A stretch of DNA of 64,000 bases from Octopus sinensis (lineage: Eukaryota), in assembly GCF_006345805.1 (NCBI RefSeq), contig NC_043000.1, positions 51,150,001-51,214,000 of the forward strand. Reading direction: 5' to 3'. Positions within the stretch are counted from its first letter, which is position 1. Each line of letters opens with the position of its first letter. The notes beneath the pieces were generated by a model that saw only the letters and a program-made list of their open reading frames with translations, did not search any database and was not told the DNA's origin. Below, one piece after another: positions 36,890-51,708 of the stretch. A program made the position numbers and the translations under genes.

Positions 36890-39800
36890 ACAGGAATTAC
36901 ACCCTCATAATCTCTTTATCTCACATAAATGAATGTACATGCATTATATGTGTGTGTGGGTGGGAAGAGAAAAAGAGATATTGTCTTATTGAAATAAGAT
37001 GGCTGTTACCATGGTTAGTTTAAACAACCCTACACTCGGTTCAGAATTTCATAACCTGTTCATTATTATGTTTTTGCACTTTACACATATCTTACATAGT
37101 TAGCCAACTGGTGCCAAACTTGAATATAAAACTAACTGTAAGTAAATCACATCATGATATGAGGTTATGTTGTCCACAATCTCATATCACCATAGGTTAT
37201 TTGAGCCAAAGTACAACTTTAGGTTTCATCAACTCTTCATCCTCATTCTGGTTCTGTATAATTACAGAATATTTCTTGGATATAAGACATTAAATATATT
37301 GGATACACAACAAATTCTTTGACGTTTTATGGTTTCAAGCGTAAAGTGGACTATGAAATTTTTTTTCAAATTTCCCCATTGAACTTATCAAACATGTGAG
37401 TGACTTTCTTAGTCATATGTATATGTGAGTGAGTGTGGCAATACTTATCAATATTTTTTCTTTATATTTAAAACGATATAATTTTGATTAAATCTATCTG
37501 TCACACACACACACACACACACATTAATGTATGTGTATATGTTTGTTTCATGTGTTTGCATTCATGAATACATAGAGAAAAAAGCATATTTTTATACCCC
37601 CTTAATAATTATATAACTTTGTGAATACGGTCATATACAGTCTTTGAAGTAATAGCTTATATGTATTTCCTTTAATATCAGTATTTATATAGGTCAACAG
37701 ATATGGTTCTGTATATAACAAGAATACCAATAATTGCATTTGATCTCATTTCCATTTATTGATCATAGAGGTTTTATGAAAATGATTGCAATTGATCGAA
37801 CTATGTATTCAATATTCTTTTCAAAGAAAAATAAGAAAAATAAAAGAAAAAATAAATATGTATAGAATACTTGATTTAGCTATTAGCTATAATTTAATCT
37901 TCTATAGCAAAGTGTGATTATATACACCTAGGTTTTTTGCTTCCATCCTTTCTCAGAAGAATTTGATAAAATTCCAGGTGTATTGTTAGCAGGTTACTAA
38001 ATCACTTGATACAGGAAAACAATGTAAAGGAAATTAACTCAATAAACACTTTAAATTTAAAGGATAAGCAGAGAGATTTGAATAAATTTTCTTTTACTGT
38101 TGCATGTATTTGAGTAATCACCACAAGAAATCAGCTGCCAGTAATTGCTGCTAAGAACTCTGCTTTGATAATTGAAGTTAAACAGAAACAAAAGAAAATT
38201 TGTAGCTAGACTAGTGTCAGTTTAGAAAAAAATAAAAACAATGACAAGGTAAAATAATGCAGAAAAATTAGGAAATTCATGTTTTGTGTCATAACAACAA
38301 AACTTGCCCCTTTGCAATTTAGAACAATGAAGCTCTTACAAAGCCTGCACAAGTTTTACAGTAACCTTTGTTTTTAATGTTTATTAATGAGAATAGTGAA
38401 AATATGACATTAGTGATGATGATAATAGTAAAAATAGTCAAACAACTTTTATGGATTCCAAATAAAAACTATAAGATGTATGATGAGATTAATTTGTATT
38501 TATTTTTTTTCAAAAGAAAGAAAATGAAGTATTAACAAAATAATCAATTCGATGTCATAATTCTCATCATATGAGAATCTTTAACTTTGACATTTGTCAT
38601 GTCAAAATTTGACATCAGTGTCAGGTCTGAATTCCCTCTCTTGAAATATTAAGCATACAGTTTTGAGTTTCAGATGGATTTTTCCATTAAAATTTCTTTG
38701 ACAGTTTTTTAATTTCCTTTTAAACTCTCTGAAATGATAATTGTTTTTCTATTGTTGTGAAGTATTATTTTAGAATGGTAATAATTCAAAATTCAGTGTG
38801 TGCTTGCATTTGTGAGGAAGTGTGTGTATATGTATGTATGTTTGTGGTGTGTGTGTTTGTGTGTGTGTGAAATGATATAGGGCAATTTAGATTTAAATAA
38901 GGCTTCAAATAACCAGTATTTAGAGCTTCATGTGTATTTCTGTATATCCAAGGGAAACCAGGAGGGAACTTGTATTGTTGTCTGAGTTTCATTTGTTTGG
39001 AATCTACAACTGAGTAGGTTATATATATACATACACACTCATATATATCATATGGGCAAGAGCTAATGACAAAAAAGTGAGACAGAAGTATAAGGAGGTT
39101 AATCTGTTTATAAACAACTCAGTTTTAATGATATGAAAGTCTATAGATCTATGAAGAAGAGGATGTGACGACTGTATTTCTTTAAAACTGTTGCCAAAAG
39201 AAAACTACCCACATGTGTAATTATGTGGTCATATCTGTTATGAAGACCTTTTAGATCTTTTTTATTAAGTTTTAATTTCTTTGTCCCTGTTGAATAGTTA
39301 TGGAACATCGTTCTGCCTCTGTTTTTAATTCATATATACTTCCACATGAACCATTAATTTCCTTATACAGAATTTATTTATAAAGCTTGATTTCAACTTG
39401 TAGTTTTAAGTATGAGGTATCTTGTAACCATTTCCATATACTTGTGAGGCTTTTTTGTGAATCAAATTCATGAAATAATCAATTCTTAATTCGAAGACTC
39501 TTGTGTTTTCCTATTTCCTTTTAGAGATGTTTTGGATATCATAGTATCCAACTTCTCTATGTGGTTTGTTGTCACACTTGTTAACATAGAGGATTATGCG
39601 AGCCAATTACGCTCATTTACTATTTACCAAAATAGGTTTCAGAAAAAAACCCCTGAAGATTTAAAATGCTTATTTTATTCCTTTATTTTTTTTTTTACTT
39701 GTTTCATTCATTGAATTATTACCATACTGGGACACTACTTTAGCAGGATTTGTTGATCAAATCAACTCTAGGGCTTATTTTCAAGTCTGGAGCTTATTCT

Positions 39801-40010
39801 ATACTTTTTTTTGCTGCAGGAGTATAAACAACTTCCCTCTAAATAGAGATTACAAACTCATAATCTTTTTGTCTTACATACATGTATTATGTGGGTGTGT
39901 GTGTTGGGGAAGAGATGTAGTCTTATTGAAATAAGATGTCCGTTACCACAGTTAGTTTAAGCAAAACCCAACACGTTCAAAATTTCATAACCTATTGATT
40001 ACGTTTATAT
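36890..40010 (+). repeat. Dispersed direct repeat pair of about 180 bp (36890-37075 and 39840-40010)
   Basis: Shared TCATAATCT...GTCTTATTGAAATAAGATG...GTTACCA...GTTAGTTTAA...AATTTCATAACCT. Confidence 0.8.
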
Positions 40011-40195
40011 AATTTATACTTATCGTACACTATAAATTGGTGAAAGCAAGAAAAAACACACATAAGCTTCTATACAGATTCTATCTACCAAATTTCATCA
40101 CTAAACATTGACCAGTCTATGGCTATAGTAGAATATATTTGCCCAAGGTACTTCACAGTGCAACTGAACCTGAAATCCTGTATTTGTGAAGCTAA
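39710..40195 (-). mobile_element. Old family A SINE interrupted by the 180-bp repeat
   Basis: 3' half about 39710-39830; 5' half about 40070-40195 (CTATCTACCAAAT...TTGCCCAAGGT...CAACTGAACCTG). Confidence 0.65.
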
Positions 40196-40878
40196 AATCC
40201 ATTTAAGTGATTCAACTATATCTGTTTAAATTATATAAGTTTGTTTTTTCTTACTAATCCATTAAGTTTATGTTTGTTTGGAAAACAGAAAAAACCACTA
40301 AATATGCTCTTTGTCTATCAATGAAAAAAGGGCAAAAATAGAAATCAAGAGCCTTAGTTAACTAGTTAGTGCTCATATGATTTTTTAAGATTCACTTGCC
40401 CTTTAACCATGTGAATTCATTAGAAGACAAAATTTAAAACTTGAAATATTCTATTAATGGGTGTAAATTAAAAATAACTAGTGAAATGAACTGTTGCATA
40501 ACAGATTCTATTAGCCACCTTAATAAGTTTGAACCTCATAATAAAAACTCATGCATAAAATTTCCATTAATCAAATCATTTTAGAATTTAAAAATAGTCA
40601 TGGTATAATGTTATCAAAATATATAGTCTTCGTTTTTGTCAAACACATTTTTAGCTGGCTCCACTGGCATCCAGAAATCTTCGGCTATATCCTCCTTCAG
40701 TTTTTAATCTCTATTCTAACAAATAGTGTTGTGGCTCTACATCTCTTCAATTTTTTTGTCCCTTCTAACATGATACTAATCCACCAACAAGTAAGAATAC
40801 ATGGAAAACACTAAGATAGTTTATAATAGACGAGAGTCATTAAATTGTGGTTATCTCAACAAATGTTATACAAAATTG

Positions 40879-40982
40879 TATTTTGTACAAGGCATTGTTT
40901 TCTATATCGCTTCTTTGTACCAACTAATAATATTTTGTACAAAACACTGTTTTCTATATCGCTTGTTTGTAACAACTAATGA
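40879..40982. repeat. 52-bp tandem duplication, diverged
   Basis: TATTTTGTACAA...TTTTCTATATCGCTT...CAACTAAT occurs twice with a few substitutions. Confidence 0.9.
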
Positions 40983-43900
40983 CTGGGAAGAATAATATTT
41001 AAATAATATTTTCATTTTTAGTTTTCTGGTGTTGTTATTGCATCATTTCTGAATTTATTTAATTTTTTACCTTGTATTTTCCCTATGAGACAACAACAAT
41101 GTTCGTAAATTAATGTTAATATTCATTAATTTTATTGCACTTCAACCAGCATATCTTCATTCTCAAATGATCCTATTAATGATAGACAATCTAATTTTGT
41201 TGTTCAAGCAAAAAATGTATCATCTTTTATTTATTCTGTTTTATTTATTGATTTTTAGTAAGGCAAAACTATGTTTCATTTTAGAAACTTGTTTTGAATT
41301 CTGTTACTTATCTATTTTCTCGTGGTTCATTTCACAGATCAATAACCAAGACAGTTTGTTTGGAAAATAAAAAAAGTCAGTAACATGGGACTATTCTATT
41401 GTCAGTCTCTAGAATTCAGTCACCCATTAAAAAGATTGATTTTTTTTTGTGGTTATTTTTTTAAAGAAAATAAAAAAAGACAATTTCAGTAGTTTTTCTA
41501 TTCATTGATTATTTAATTATGTAGGCAAAAATAACTAAAAAGAAAAGAACAAACTAGCATGCTTGCTTAAAAAAAAAAAACAACTTATCAGACGTTACTA
41601 GTACAGGGTTGGTTCAGATTTATGCTTTTAATCAAATATTGAGGGAAGCTGAAATTAGGTCTAACTTATATGGTTAAATATCATCACCTTCATTTGGATA
41701 AAATTACTTAAAGAAAAATACTTTTAAAAAAATGATAATACAGTATTATAAATAGATATTCATTTACTGTCACTAATTAGGTTTATGAAAGCCATTATAG
41801 AAAATTGATTTTTTTTCCATGTCTTTTTTTTTATATTAGACACATTAATTTACTGGGTTTTTTTTTTCCTCCACTATATTTAGGAAGACTATCTCTGCAA
41901 AAGTATGTTAGATCATTTTTATTAATATAATTAATGTTGATACTGATAATTTCTATTCTAATAAGGGATAGTCATCATTAGTATCTATGTTTTCTGTTTT
42001 CCTTTCATTAAAATGAAATATCTTGCATATCAATAGATAATTGTGTAATACTCTGCTAAGGAATCTCAGATCCTTACCAAGTGTTGCTTGAAGTGGTGTT
42101 TAGTACTGGTTTCTGTAGTATTTCTTAAATCTGAGACAATTTTCTCCTAAGCTAAAATATTAATATCTCCTATATTGTCTGATTTTTTTCAAGAAGATCT
42201 GATAGCTATTCTACTTCTGGGCAAATTGAAATATTGGAATTAAATTCCTTAATCAAGAGATACATGGAAATGTCCCTTATAAGATAGGAAATTATGACGA
42301 CAGAATGATGCCTGGATATGTTAAATGGTTAACTTTTACTTAACCTATCTTGAAATAGATTTTTTTGATTAGATACAAGGGCAAAATTTGTAGAAGTGTA
42401 GTATAGTTAATAAACTTTGCTATAGTGTATTACTGGCACTTTTTATTTCGTTTGACAGTAGACACAAGTGCACTATAATAAGCTTACAGGAAATATTCAG
42501 TGTAATTCCTGTATACATTTATATCTGTTGAATGGATAAATCATAATTTTGTATAGATTGATGTCATCAATGGTATTTAATATAGCTTAATCTTTTTGCC
42601 AACTCCAATGGTCTATAAATTTGGTTCTTAACACTTGTATTTGTGTTGTTAAGCAGATATGAGTCAAAGGTTGATTATTGGTGCCTTCACCAGGAGACTT
42701 GGCATCAATTCTTCAGCTTGATAAACTGAAGTAATACAGCATTAAATTTCCTCTCCAGTGACACAGTAAGTGCTACTTAACCAATACCTTAACCAGTTAA
42801 TTGATGCTGTAAGCACTTGACTGCTTGCCTTTTACAATCTAAGACATAGTTTGAAAATAAATCAGTATTTCTGCTATGCTATTTTGAATATTTTTTTAGA
42901 TTTCCATATATGAATAATTAACAACTGTTTTTGTTAAAATATATGTGTAACATATCTGTAAGATGAATGTAATTTTACTGACTCTTAGCTTCCTCTTTAG
43001 AAATTAAATATTTTTTATATCTATATTTGCATTTTTGATTGATTTGAATTCCAGTCATCATCAGATATCTTAATAATATATATGCATCTAGTACAAAACT
43101 TTATAAGAGCTTCATTATAACTGATTTAGAAATATAAGTAACTTGTTCAAATCTAGTCTGGTATGCTCATAAAGTGCAGTGGCATAGTATAGGTTTTGCT
43201 GTCTTGTGCAAAAACAAAACTGGCCAACTCCTTCTTTAAATGTTGCAGACTATGGCAAATGCATGTACATAAAGTGGCTGCCCTGTGCAGTCAGCATACC
43301 TCAAATACTCTGCGATATGCTACTGAATTGATATAGATGTAAATATTAAAATATGTTTCTTCATTAAAGACATAACTAATAGTCTGAAAAATTATAATCT
43401 TATTAACAATAACTCTTATCATACATGTATAAGTGATTTACTAAAGCTGTGCTAGCTGATGGAAACTACAAATAGAACTTTGTGGAGTTTATAAATCATT
43501 TGGTTAGTATTAGACATTATTGTATTTTATTTCTGATATTTTGGTCACTTGCAGCTCATACAATTTCTTAACGTAGCCACTTTTCAAAAGGAAATATATA
43601 AAGAATAGAAACTTAGATGTAATCGAGGTAAAATAGAATGCTTTAGAATAAATATCTATGTGCTAACAGAAAAGTAATGCATATTCAGCCATATCTAAAG
43701 TTGAACCATTTAATCATAATTAGTGCTCTCCATCAATGTTATTTCAATTGATTGCCTGCTTTAAATTTACTCATAAAATGCATTTATAGAATGGTCAAAG
43801 GTTTTTTTTATTTTTTAAATTATGCAATTGTTAAAAACCCTGAAGAATTTGCCATATACATACTGTACAGTAGTGTCCACTGAATTCATTATCAAGTTTA

Positions 43901-44819
43901 TGGAAAGCTATCATTTCAAGTGAAGAAGCATGATGCACCTAAAATTATCTTCCCACAAAAAGCTAAATAGAAAAAAAAAAAGGAATTAAAGGAATTTAGG
44001 CAAGTGAAAGAGAGATCAAGTGGAAGAGAGGGAGAAATAAAGAACAAGAGAAAGTCAAAGTTAGATTAAATATCACTTGTGCTAGATATTTTCAGTCATG
44101 TGTTCAGTAAGACATAAACCTGATTTCCAAAGTAGAATGCTTTTATCTTATTTCATAGCCTCTTTTGAATGATCTTTATATACTTGAATGTGTTTCAATC
44201 TTATCAGTAAAAAACATGATCAGAACCTTGAGGTAAATAATTCAAGAGATAAGAAAAATAAATTTCTACTGAAAATAAAATGTATTTTAAAGAAGAACCA
44301 CATCTGCTAAGGTGTTTGTTTTTCTTTACATTTTTAATGGAGTAATTTAATTAAGAATAATATATATATTTTATTTTGTTTATTTTTGCTTCCACATATC
44401 ATGAATAGTGAAACATTCTTACTCTTGATTCCTTTGCTTTGATATATAATCTACAGAAAATATAAAGTAAAGGTGAAACTGAAATTATTTACCTGAAGGA
44501 AAATAGAATCAAGTTTCTTGTACAATGTAGGAAAGACAAAACCAAAACATTTATACATGAAATTTTCACATTACTTAGACTCTACTAATTTTCTTTTCTT
44601 TTAGCAGATATATCAAAAATAAATGATAAAGTAGTAAACAAATCTAATTTTCTTTGCTCCTTAAAATAAAAAATTTCTACATCCATTCAGTTATTTGGTT
44701 AAAACTTAATCCATCATTATTGAACCCATCTTGCTTTACATTATAAAGCTTCTTTCTACATCTCTCTCTTTGCTTCTTTCGTAAAATATTCAGTTGGATT
44801 GGGTTGATCTCTTCCACAT

Positions 44820-45209
44820 TTGACATGGTTGTGCAGTTAAGGAGCTTGCTTTGCAACCATATGGTTTTGGGTTCAGTTCCAATGAATGGCACCTTGGGCA
44901 AGTGTCTTCTACTATAGCCCATGTGGTCCAATGCCTTGTGGATGAATTTGGTTGACAGAAACTATGGAAGCACGGTGGTATTTTGTGGAACTATGGTGGT
45001 ATTTCATCTGCCGTTACGTTCTGATTTCAAATTCCACCAAGTACGATTTTGCCTTTCATCCTTTCGGGGTCAATAAATTAAGTACCAGTTACGCACTAGG
45101 GTCGATGTAATTGACTTAACCCCTTTGTCTGTCCTTGTTTGTCCCCTCTATGTTTAGCCCCTTGTGGGCAATAAAGAAATATAAAACTATGGAAGCACAT
45201 TGTGTGTTT

Positions 45210-45243
<34 letters not shown>

Positions 45244-45425
45244 TGGTGTGTCTTTGTGTTTGATTTTTTAAACCCTGCATCCCTTGACTAATGGAAGTTC
45301 AAGAAAATATACTGATAAAATAAGGACCAGGCTTTAAAAATAAGTACTAGGGTCAATCTGTTTGTCTAAACCTTTCAAGGTAGTACCCAGCATTGCCAAA
45401 GTCCAATGACTGAAGCAAATAAAAT
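44820..45425 (+). mobile_element. Family A SINE containing a nested insertion
   Basis: Head with GGTTCAGTTCC and CACCTTGGGCAAGTG, (GT)n core, and tail AAGTC-CAAT-GACTGAAGCAAATAAAA. Confidence 0.88.
44974..45183 (+). mobile_element. 5'-truncated family C SINE inserted into family A SINE
   Basis: Perfect 15-bp TSD AAACTATGGAAGCAC (44959-44973 and 45184-45198); A-rich 3' end AATAAAGAAATAT. Confidence 0.9.
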
Positions 45426-46039
45426 AGCAAAAGATTAGATATATTTATGTTACTGTATAAATATATACTGCAAGATATATTTATACTGCAAGTGTAAATA
45501 TATACCTGCAGTCGATAGAAAAGACTCTATTTTTAAATATTGTAAATTGCTTAAAAATTGCTATATATAAGTGATAGCTGGGTTTGATCTTACTGACTTT
45601 TATTCGATGATTTTTTTTTGTTTCTAACTGATAACTGGGACATTTGCATAAATGTCATTGATAATTTAAGTTACTTTTGGTATTAAATCTATATAACGTA
45701 TAAAAGTGAATGTTTTTGCAATAGCACTTCAGAACATGGCAGATCTGGAGAGGAATGGACTCTATCAAACAAAAGTTATGATGCCCAAGGCATACCATAT
45801 ACCATGACAACACCTCTCACTTCTGTTAGGTATCTACTTTGAGTATGATACACAGAATGGTGTGTGTATGTTTGTGCATATGTATATATGCATATATAAG
45901 TATATGTGCATATATGTGTGTGTATCTACATATATTTTTGTGTGTATGTATCTCACTATATATATATATATATATATATGTAATTGTTGTTTCTTGATAT
46001 ATGATGATGAATATCTATTTCTACATAATATAAGCACCA

Positions 46040-46277
46040 TCCAAGCATGGCCAATGCTAGTACCTCCTGGCTGGCCCTCATGCCGGTGGCATGTAAAGAG
46101 CACCTACTACACTCTTGGAGTGGTTGGCATTAGGAAGAGCATCCAGCTGTAGAAACATTGTCAGCTCAGATTGGAACCTAGTGCAGCTTTCTGATTTGCC
46201 AGCTCTCAGTCAAACTGTCCAACCCATGCTAGCATAGAAAGTGGATGTTAAACGACAATGATGATAATGATGATGAT
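46040..46277 (+). mobile_element. Family E SINE
   Basis: GTGGTTGGCATTAGGAAGAGCATCCAGCTGTAGAAAC...CCAACCCATGCTAGCATAGAAAGTGGATGTTAAACG plus (GAT)n. Confidence 0.87.
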
Positions 46278-47109
46278 ATTTATATATCTTTATAAATTAT
46301 CAGTCTTACTGGAAATTTGTACATATCTATTGCACAATATATAACGCCCATATGTATGAATATATTAAGAATTTACTGAAGTTGACATGATGGTATAAAA
46401 TTAGAGAGATTTATTGTAGGAGGAGTTAAAGTTTCTAGACTGAATTATTCCAAAAAGAGAGTTCTAGAAATATAAATACTTTTAATATAACCTGAATTAA
46501 TTGCAACATTTTGGAATTATTATTGAAAATTTACTAGTATTTACTTCTATCAACAATAATAAAAAAGAAACCGAGAATATATATTTGTTTTCATGTACTA
46601 CAATTTCACATTGATTAATGACAAAAGTTTAGATGCACATTCTAATAAATCTCTGTTTCTACTACTGCATTTAAACTTGTGGAAATAGTACAACTCTCAA
46701 ATCAAAATCATTATCAAAACAGAGTGGAAGATTCCTTACTTGCAATTAGCTTGGAACAAACTTAGAATTCTTTTGAGTATTTTTATGATCTGGAAAATCT
46801 AGTAACTAAATTTATTAGAAAATAACATGTCATCCAAAACAAAAGTTTTTACATCATAAACACATATTTATAACTGCATTAATGCTGAATACCTTGCTTT
46901 TTGTGTACGTTTCTTGCGTTCTCTTAATGAACGTATTTTAACATATTTCCTACATCATGTCCTTGAAAGCTTGGTTTAGTATTAATTTTTTAAAAAGTGA
47001 TATTCTTCACTGGAAATTGACATCAAAATTTTATAAGATTGATATCTCATAAAACTCTTAGTCAGTAAACAGTTAAACATGTATGTGATTACAGAGTAAC
47101 ATACAAAAT

Positions 47110-47165
47110 TATCAACCCATGCTAGCATGGAAAGTGGACGTTAAACGATGATGATGATGATGATA
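47110..47165 (+). mobile_element. Extremely 5'-truncated family E/RTE-type 3' end
   Basis: Only CAACCCATGCTAGCATGGAAAGTGGACGTTAAAC(GAT)n is present. Confidence 0.8.
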
Positions 47166-48794
47166 TGTATATGTTAATTATGACAGAAGAAACAGTACTA
47201 GTTTCCTCTACTCTATATACATCTAGTTTAATTCTTCAAGTCTCTAATATTAAATTTAGCTCATCTTTTGAAATTGTGTATGATATAAATATTAAAGCTA
47301 TAATGGAATTAGGTCAGTCAAATATATTATTTTCCTTTAAGATATGTTTTGATCCTACTCAAAAAAATTAATCAATAGATGAAAAAATAACATTCAGCTA
47401 GTTAAAGATTTATTATATATTTTCAGAAAAACCTAACACAGATATACTTCCAAATTCTTGGAAATCTCTATATGATGTGTTCATGGATTAAACAGATATT
47501 GCTCTTGTTTTGTTTTTACAATATTTGATTTCCATTTGAATAAAATGCATTAGCGTTTATTTCTTCTTTTTTATCTGGTATCAAGCAAGTTGCCAAGTAC
47601 TCTGCGTCTTTCTCATCTGCAATTTTAGTTCAACTTATTTCCAGTTCACATTTCTGTGTAAAGTTAGATTGTATTTGTCTATCATTTCAGATTTCTCCTG
47701 GTAGACAAAAGTTAACTGATAGGACAACTGTTCATTTCAAACTTTCAAATTTAACTGTAAACACTAGCATTTTCTTTGAAGTATTAGCTTGTCATTCCTA
47801 CACTATTCAACATTTGCAAACCACTTTTTAAAATTAAAATATAAATAATTTATTGAACTTAACATTTCATTATAGATAATTTCAATATCAAACACATCAC
47901 TGCCTAACTTACAATATTTCTCTGAAGTAGTTTTAGAAAGTACAGCCCATACACTTCAATAAAGTTAGATCTACTAAGGAAAACGTTTTCGCTTATCTCA
48001 CAACAATCTTTCAATTAGAGAACTGCCAAATCTTTGTAGAACAGTTATGTTACTAAGTAAGATACTATCAAAGATTGCAAGCAATTTATTATGATAACAA
48101 AATTGCAAGATAAAGCTCTCTTAAGAATAATAAAGTTTAAATGTGATAGATATAAAGTGAAAAAGATTTATAAATAGCTTATAATTTATTATATTTAATT
48201 ACTTAGTTTTCAATAAATATATTTAAAAAATGGCAAGAGAGGTAACTCATGAGAATCATTGGCATGAATGTAGATAAATAAATTAAGGTGAACTGCGATG
48301 TACTGAATAAAATATACCAAAAAATCCTCAGTTAATTAAAATTTTTCTCTTGTGTGAACAAACCAAAACTTCATGGGAATTGTTGGCAACTCTCACAGAA
48401 TAATAGATAATTTAAAATAAAAACTTTGCAACAATTTCACAGAATTAATTTATATGCTTAGGGGAAAGCAAACGTCAGATTCTCCTCCTGAGCATGGGAA
48501 TCACTTTTGCCATTTTAAAATTTTTTAAAAAATTATCTCCCCTTTGCTTTGAGCCTAACAATTACCATTAATTTTTTTGTTTTTTTATATCCAAGTGAGA
48601 AATTTCAATTAATTAAGAAATTTTTGCATACATCATTCACTCCATCACCTCTGAAATTATTTGTTTATTTTTTATCCTAAATTTGAATTAGGTTATATAA
48701 CCTAATTGGAGTGTCTACTGAATAAACTAATTTGATAATCTCTCTTGGTTTATGGTCCCCCCCCATATTCTTTTTTCATTATTTTATCTTGTTC

Positions 48795-49186
48795 CTTTTA
48801 CTTATTTTATTCAATTGACTGAGGTCATGCTGGGGCACTACCTTGGAGAATCTTTTAGTGAAATGAATCAAACTCAGTATTTATTTTTTAAAGCCTGTTA
48901 CTTATCCTATCAGTCTCTTTTGCTGAACCACAAAGTTATAGGAACAAAAAGAAAAGCACACAAGCATCGGTTATCAAGTGATAGCTGGGGACAGACAAAC
49001 ACACTCACACACACATGGTGAGCTTCTTTCAGTTTCTGTCTACCAAAATCACCCATGAGGCTTCGATCAGCCTGAGGCTATAGTAGAAGACACTTGCCCA
49101 GAGTGCCATACTGTGAGGCTGAACCCAGATTCATGTGGTTAGGAAGAAAGCAAGCTTCTTAACACACAGCAATGCCTGCACCTATA
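48795..49186 (-). mobile_element. Full-length family A SINE
   Basis: Collinear with 6626-7002 over its whole length. Confidence 0.88.
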
Positions 49187-50630
49187 AAGCAATAGTGACT
49201 ATTCATTATTCATTCATTCATACACTCTAAAAGACAGATTCAGAACATCATCATCAACATTGGTTAATGTCCACCTCGGATGCTAATATTGACTGGACAG
49301 ATCATCAAAATAATTTCTTATTAGGAGCTACTACTCCAAAAGGCTGGTACTCATGTCTTGTCTTGCTTGTCTTTCTGTGATCAGATGCTCTTTCTATTTC
49401 CTATCACAGAGTTTTCTCATGTCATCAGCATGAGAGACTGAGTAAATCTTGATGAGACAAGATTGAAGAAACCTGACCATCCTATACTTTCTCTGTTTAT
49501 TTACCAATCACTTTATACTGTATGTTCGATGCATTTTTGTGACACCAGCTCTAAATAGGTAGCTTCACTTACATTTACCATTCACCTACAGAAGGAACAA
49601 GGCAAGTTTTGTTTTAGTACCATCACAGGAGATAGGGTACCTTGTACACAGTAAAATTCTAGAGTGCTTAGTAACCCAAGGTGTGTGAACCTAGAAGAGG
49701 AAGCAATGACAGTAGAAAGGTAGTTGATATGGAGGATGGTGGAGTAGAGTGTAGAGTATACTCAATAACCTAAAGCTTGTATGTTAGCCCAGGTGACTTA
49801 GGAGGAAGAATGAGGAGAGAGAGTGTTCGAAAGGACTAGATTTAAAGGGGAGGAATATGATGAGAAAATCAGATGACAAAAACAGGAATATATGGTGAGG
49901 GTGTAGTAAAGTTGATATTGATAATAGCAGAAGTGAACAAATACAAGGGTGGATGATAGGTACATCTTAGTTTGATAACGATTATATAAAACATTATTAT
50001 ATACAATACTACTTATATGTATATATATATATAAGCATTATTGCATAATTTGATAACCAGAAATGTGAAGTCTTTGTAAGTTTTCTCTTCATGAAAAGGG
50101 GGTTGCCTTTGGATTTCCTTAATGGATTGTACATTAACGATGTAAAGCAACATCCTTTGAAATGATCATAGAGATGGCCTTGAATGGACTCTGTTCTGGT
50201 TACCTTATACTTTATTTTTTATATTTATATTCTTGTATATTTATATATATATATATTAGTTTAGCTCCATTGCCTTAAATTTTTAGGCGCCTCTATTATG
50301 CATTAATTTATTCCATATATTTTTCTTCATTCAACTTCACTCAGTTTTAAGTTTTATCCCCTTTTATTCATGTATATGTGTATATTTTATACTATTGCAT
50401 TTTACCATTGGGTGCCTTATTGTTTTAATATATTTTTGATTTTTTTGATAATTTGGGAATGATATAAAATTGTTTTGACTGATTGGAACATTTATTCATC
50501 ATACCTTTCAGTTTATTTCTCCTTTCGCCTTGGTATCACCTGAGCACTTCCAGCTGCAGTCCTATTTTTATTTTGCTTCTTCGAATTAACAAAATTGCTT
50601 TCGGTTTAACTGGAGATATGAAATTATCCT

Positions 50631-50633
<3 letters not shown>

Positions 50634-50704
<71 letters not shown>

Positions 50705-50763
50705 TATATATATATATAGCATATATATATATATATAATATATATTATATATATTATATATGC

Positions 50764-50805
<42 letters not shown>

Positions 50806-51112
50806 TATATATATATATATTATATATATATATATAATATATATATGCATATATTATATATATATATATATATATTATATATAATATATATATATGCATA
50901 TATATATATAATATATATATATAATATATATATATATAGATATATATATATATATGCATATATATATATTATATGCATATATATATAATATATATATATA
51001 ATATGCATATATATATATATATATATATGCATATATATATATATATATGCATATATATATAATATATATATATGCATATATATAATATATATATATAATT
51101 ATATATATATAC
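50634..51112. repeat. (TA)n array with TGCA interruptions
   Basis: Direct observation. Confidence 0.97.
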
Positions 51113-51127
51113 ACACGCACATGCATA

Positions 51128-51615
51128 CAGTAATTATTCGCCATATTGCAGTTCACCTATAGCACCCTCAGTACATTGTGGATTTTTATGGCTAACATAT
51201 GTAAATTTATATTGCAGACTCCTCAGTATATCGCGGGTTTCTGCAGCCAATAGGTATTTATATTATTATTTTAGATTTCAATTATTTCTGTGGTAAATTG
51301 AGCATTTTCACGCCTAAATATTAATAAATTAATAAACAGAAATACAGTACAGTACTGCACAGTATAACACATTAATTAAAATATATTAAAAGAAAATGCA
51401 TAGTAAATGAGTAATCAAAGAACCACACATACTGTATGGAAGAAAAATGTCAGGAGGTGTGTGGTTTTGTTCTGCATTCATGAAAAAATAAATATATACA
51501 AATTATAAAAATAATAACAAAAATATACAGTACAGTACTGTTTCTACTTCATGGATTTTTATCTATCATGAGGCTGCTTTGGAATGTAACACCTGCAGTA
51601 GTCAATGGATTACTG
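51128..51615. mobile_element. Tigger/pogo-type MITE
   Basis: TA|CAGTAATTATTCGCCATATTGCAG at left; (rc) TA|CAGTAATCCATTGACTACTGCAG at right; internal TACAGTACAGTACTG repeats. Confidence 0.7.
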
Positions 51616-51708
51616 TATAATGTGTGTGTGCTAAAGATATTTATATATACTTATGTATTATATATAATTATATATATATATATATATATATAGATATATA
51701 TATATATA

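Noticed and set aside
39525-39714. Possible acceptor at 39524 as the next CUB exon
   Set aside because: Neither phase-2 reading gives CUB residues (no C..DY or CG motif), and one frame stops early.
50050-50620. Possible second Penelope-like terminus
   Set aside because: No complete CTGANGA...GAAA core and no recognisable ORF motif; the resemblance is only impressionistic.
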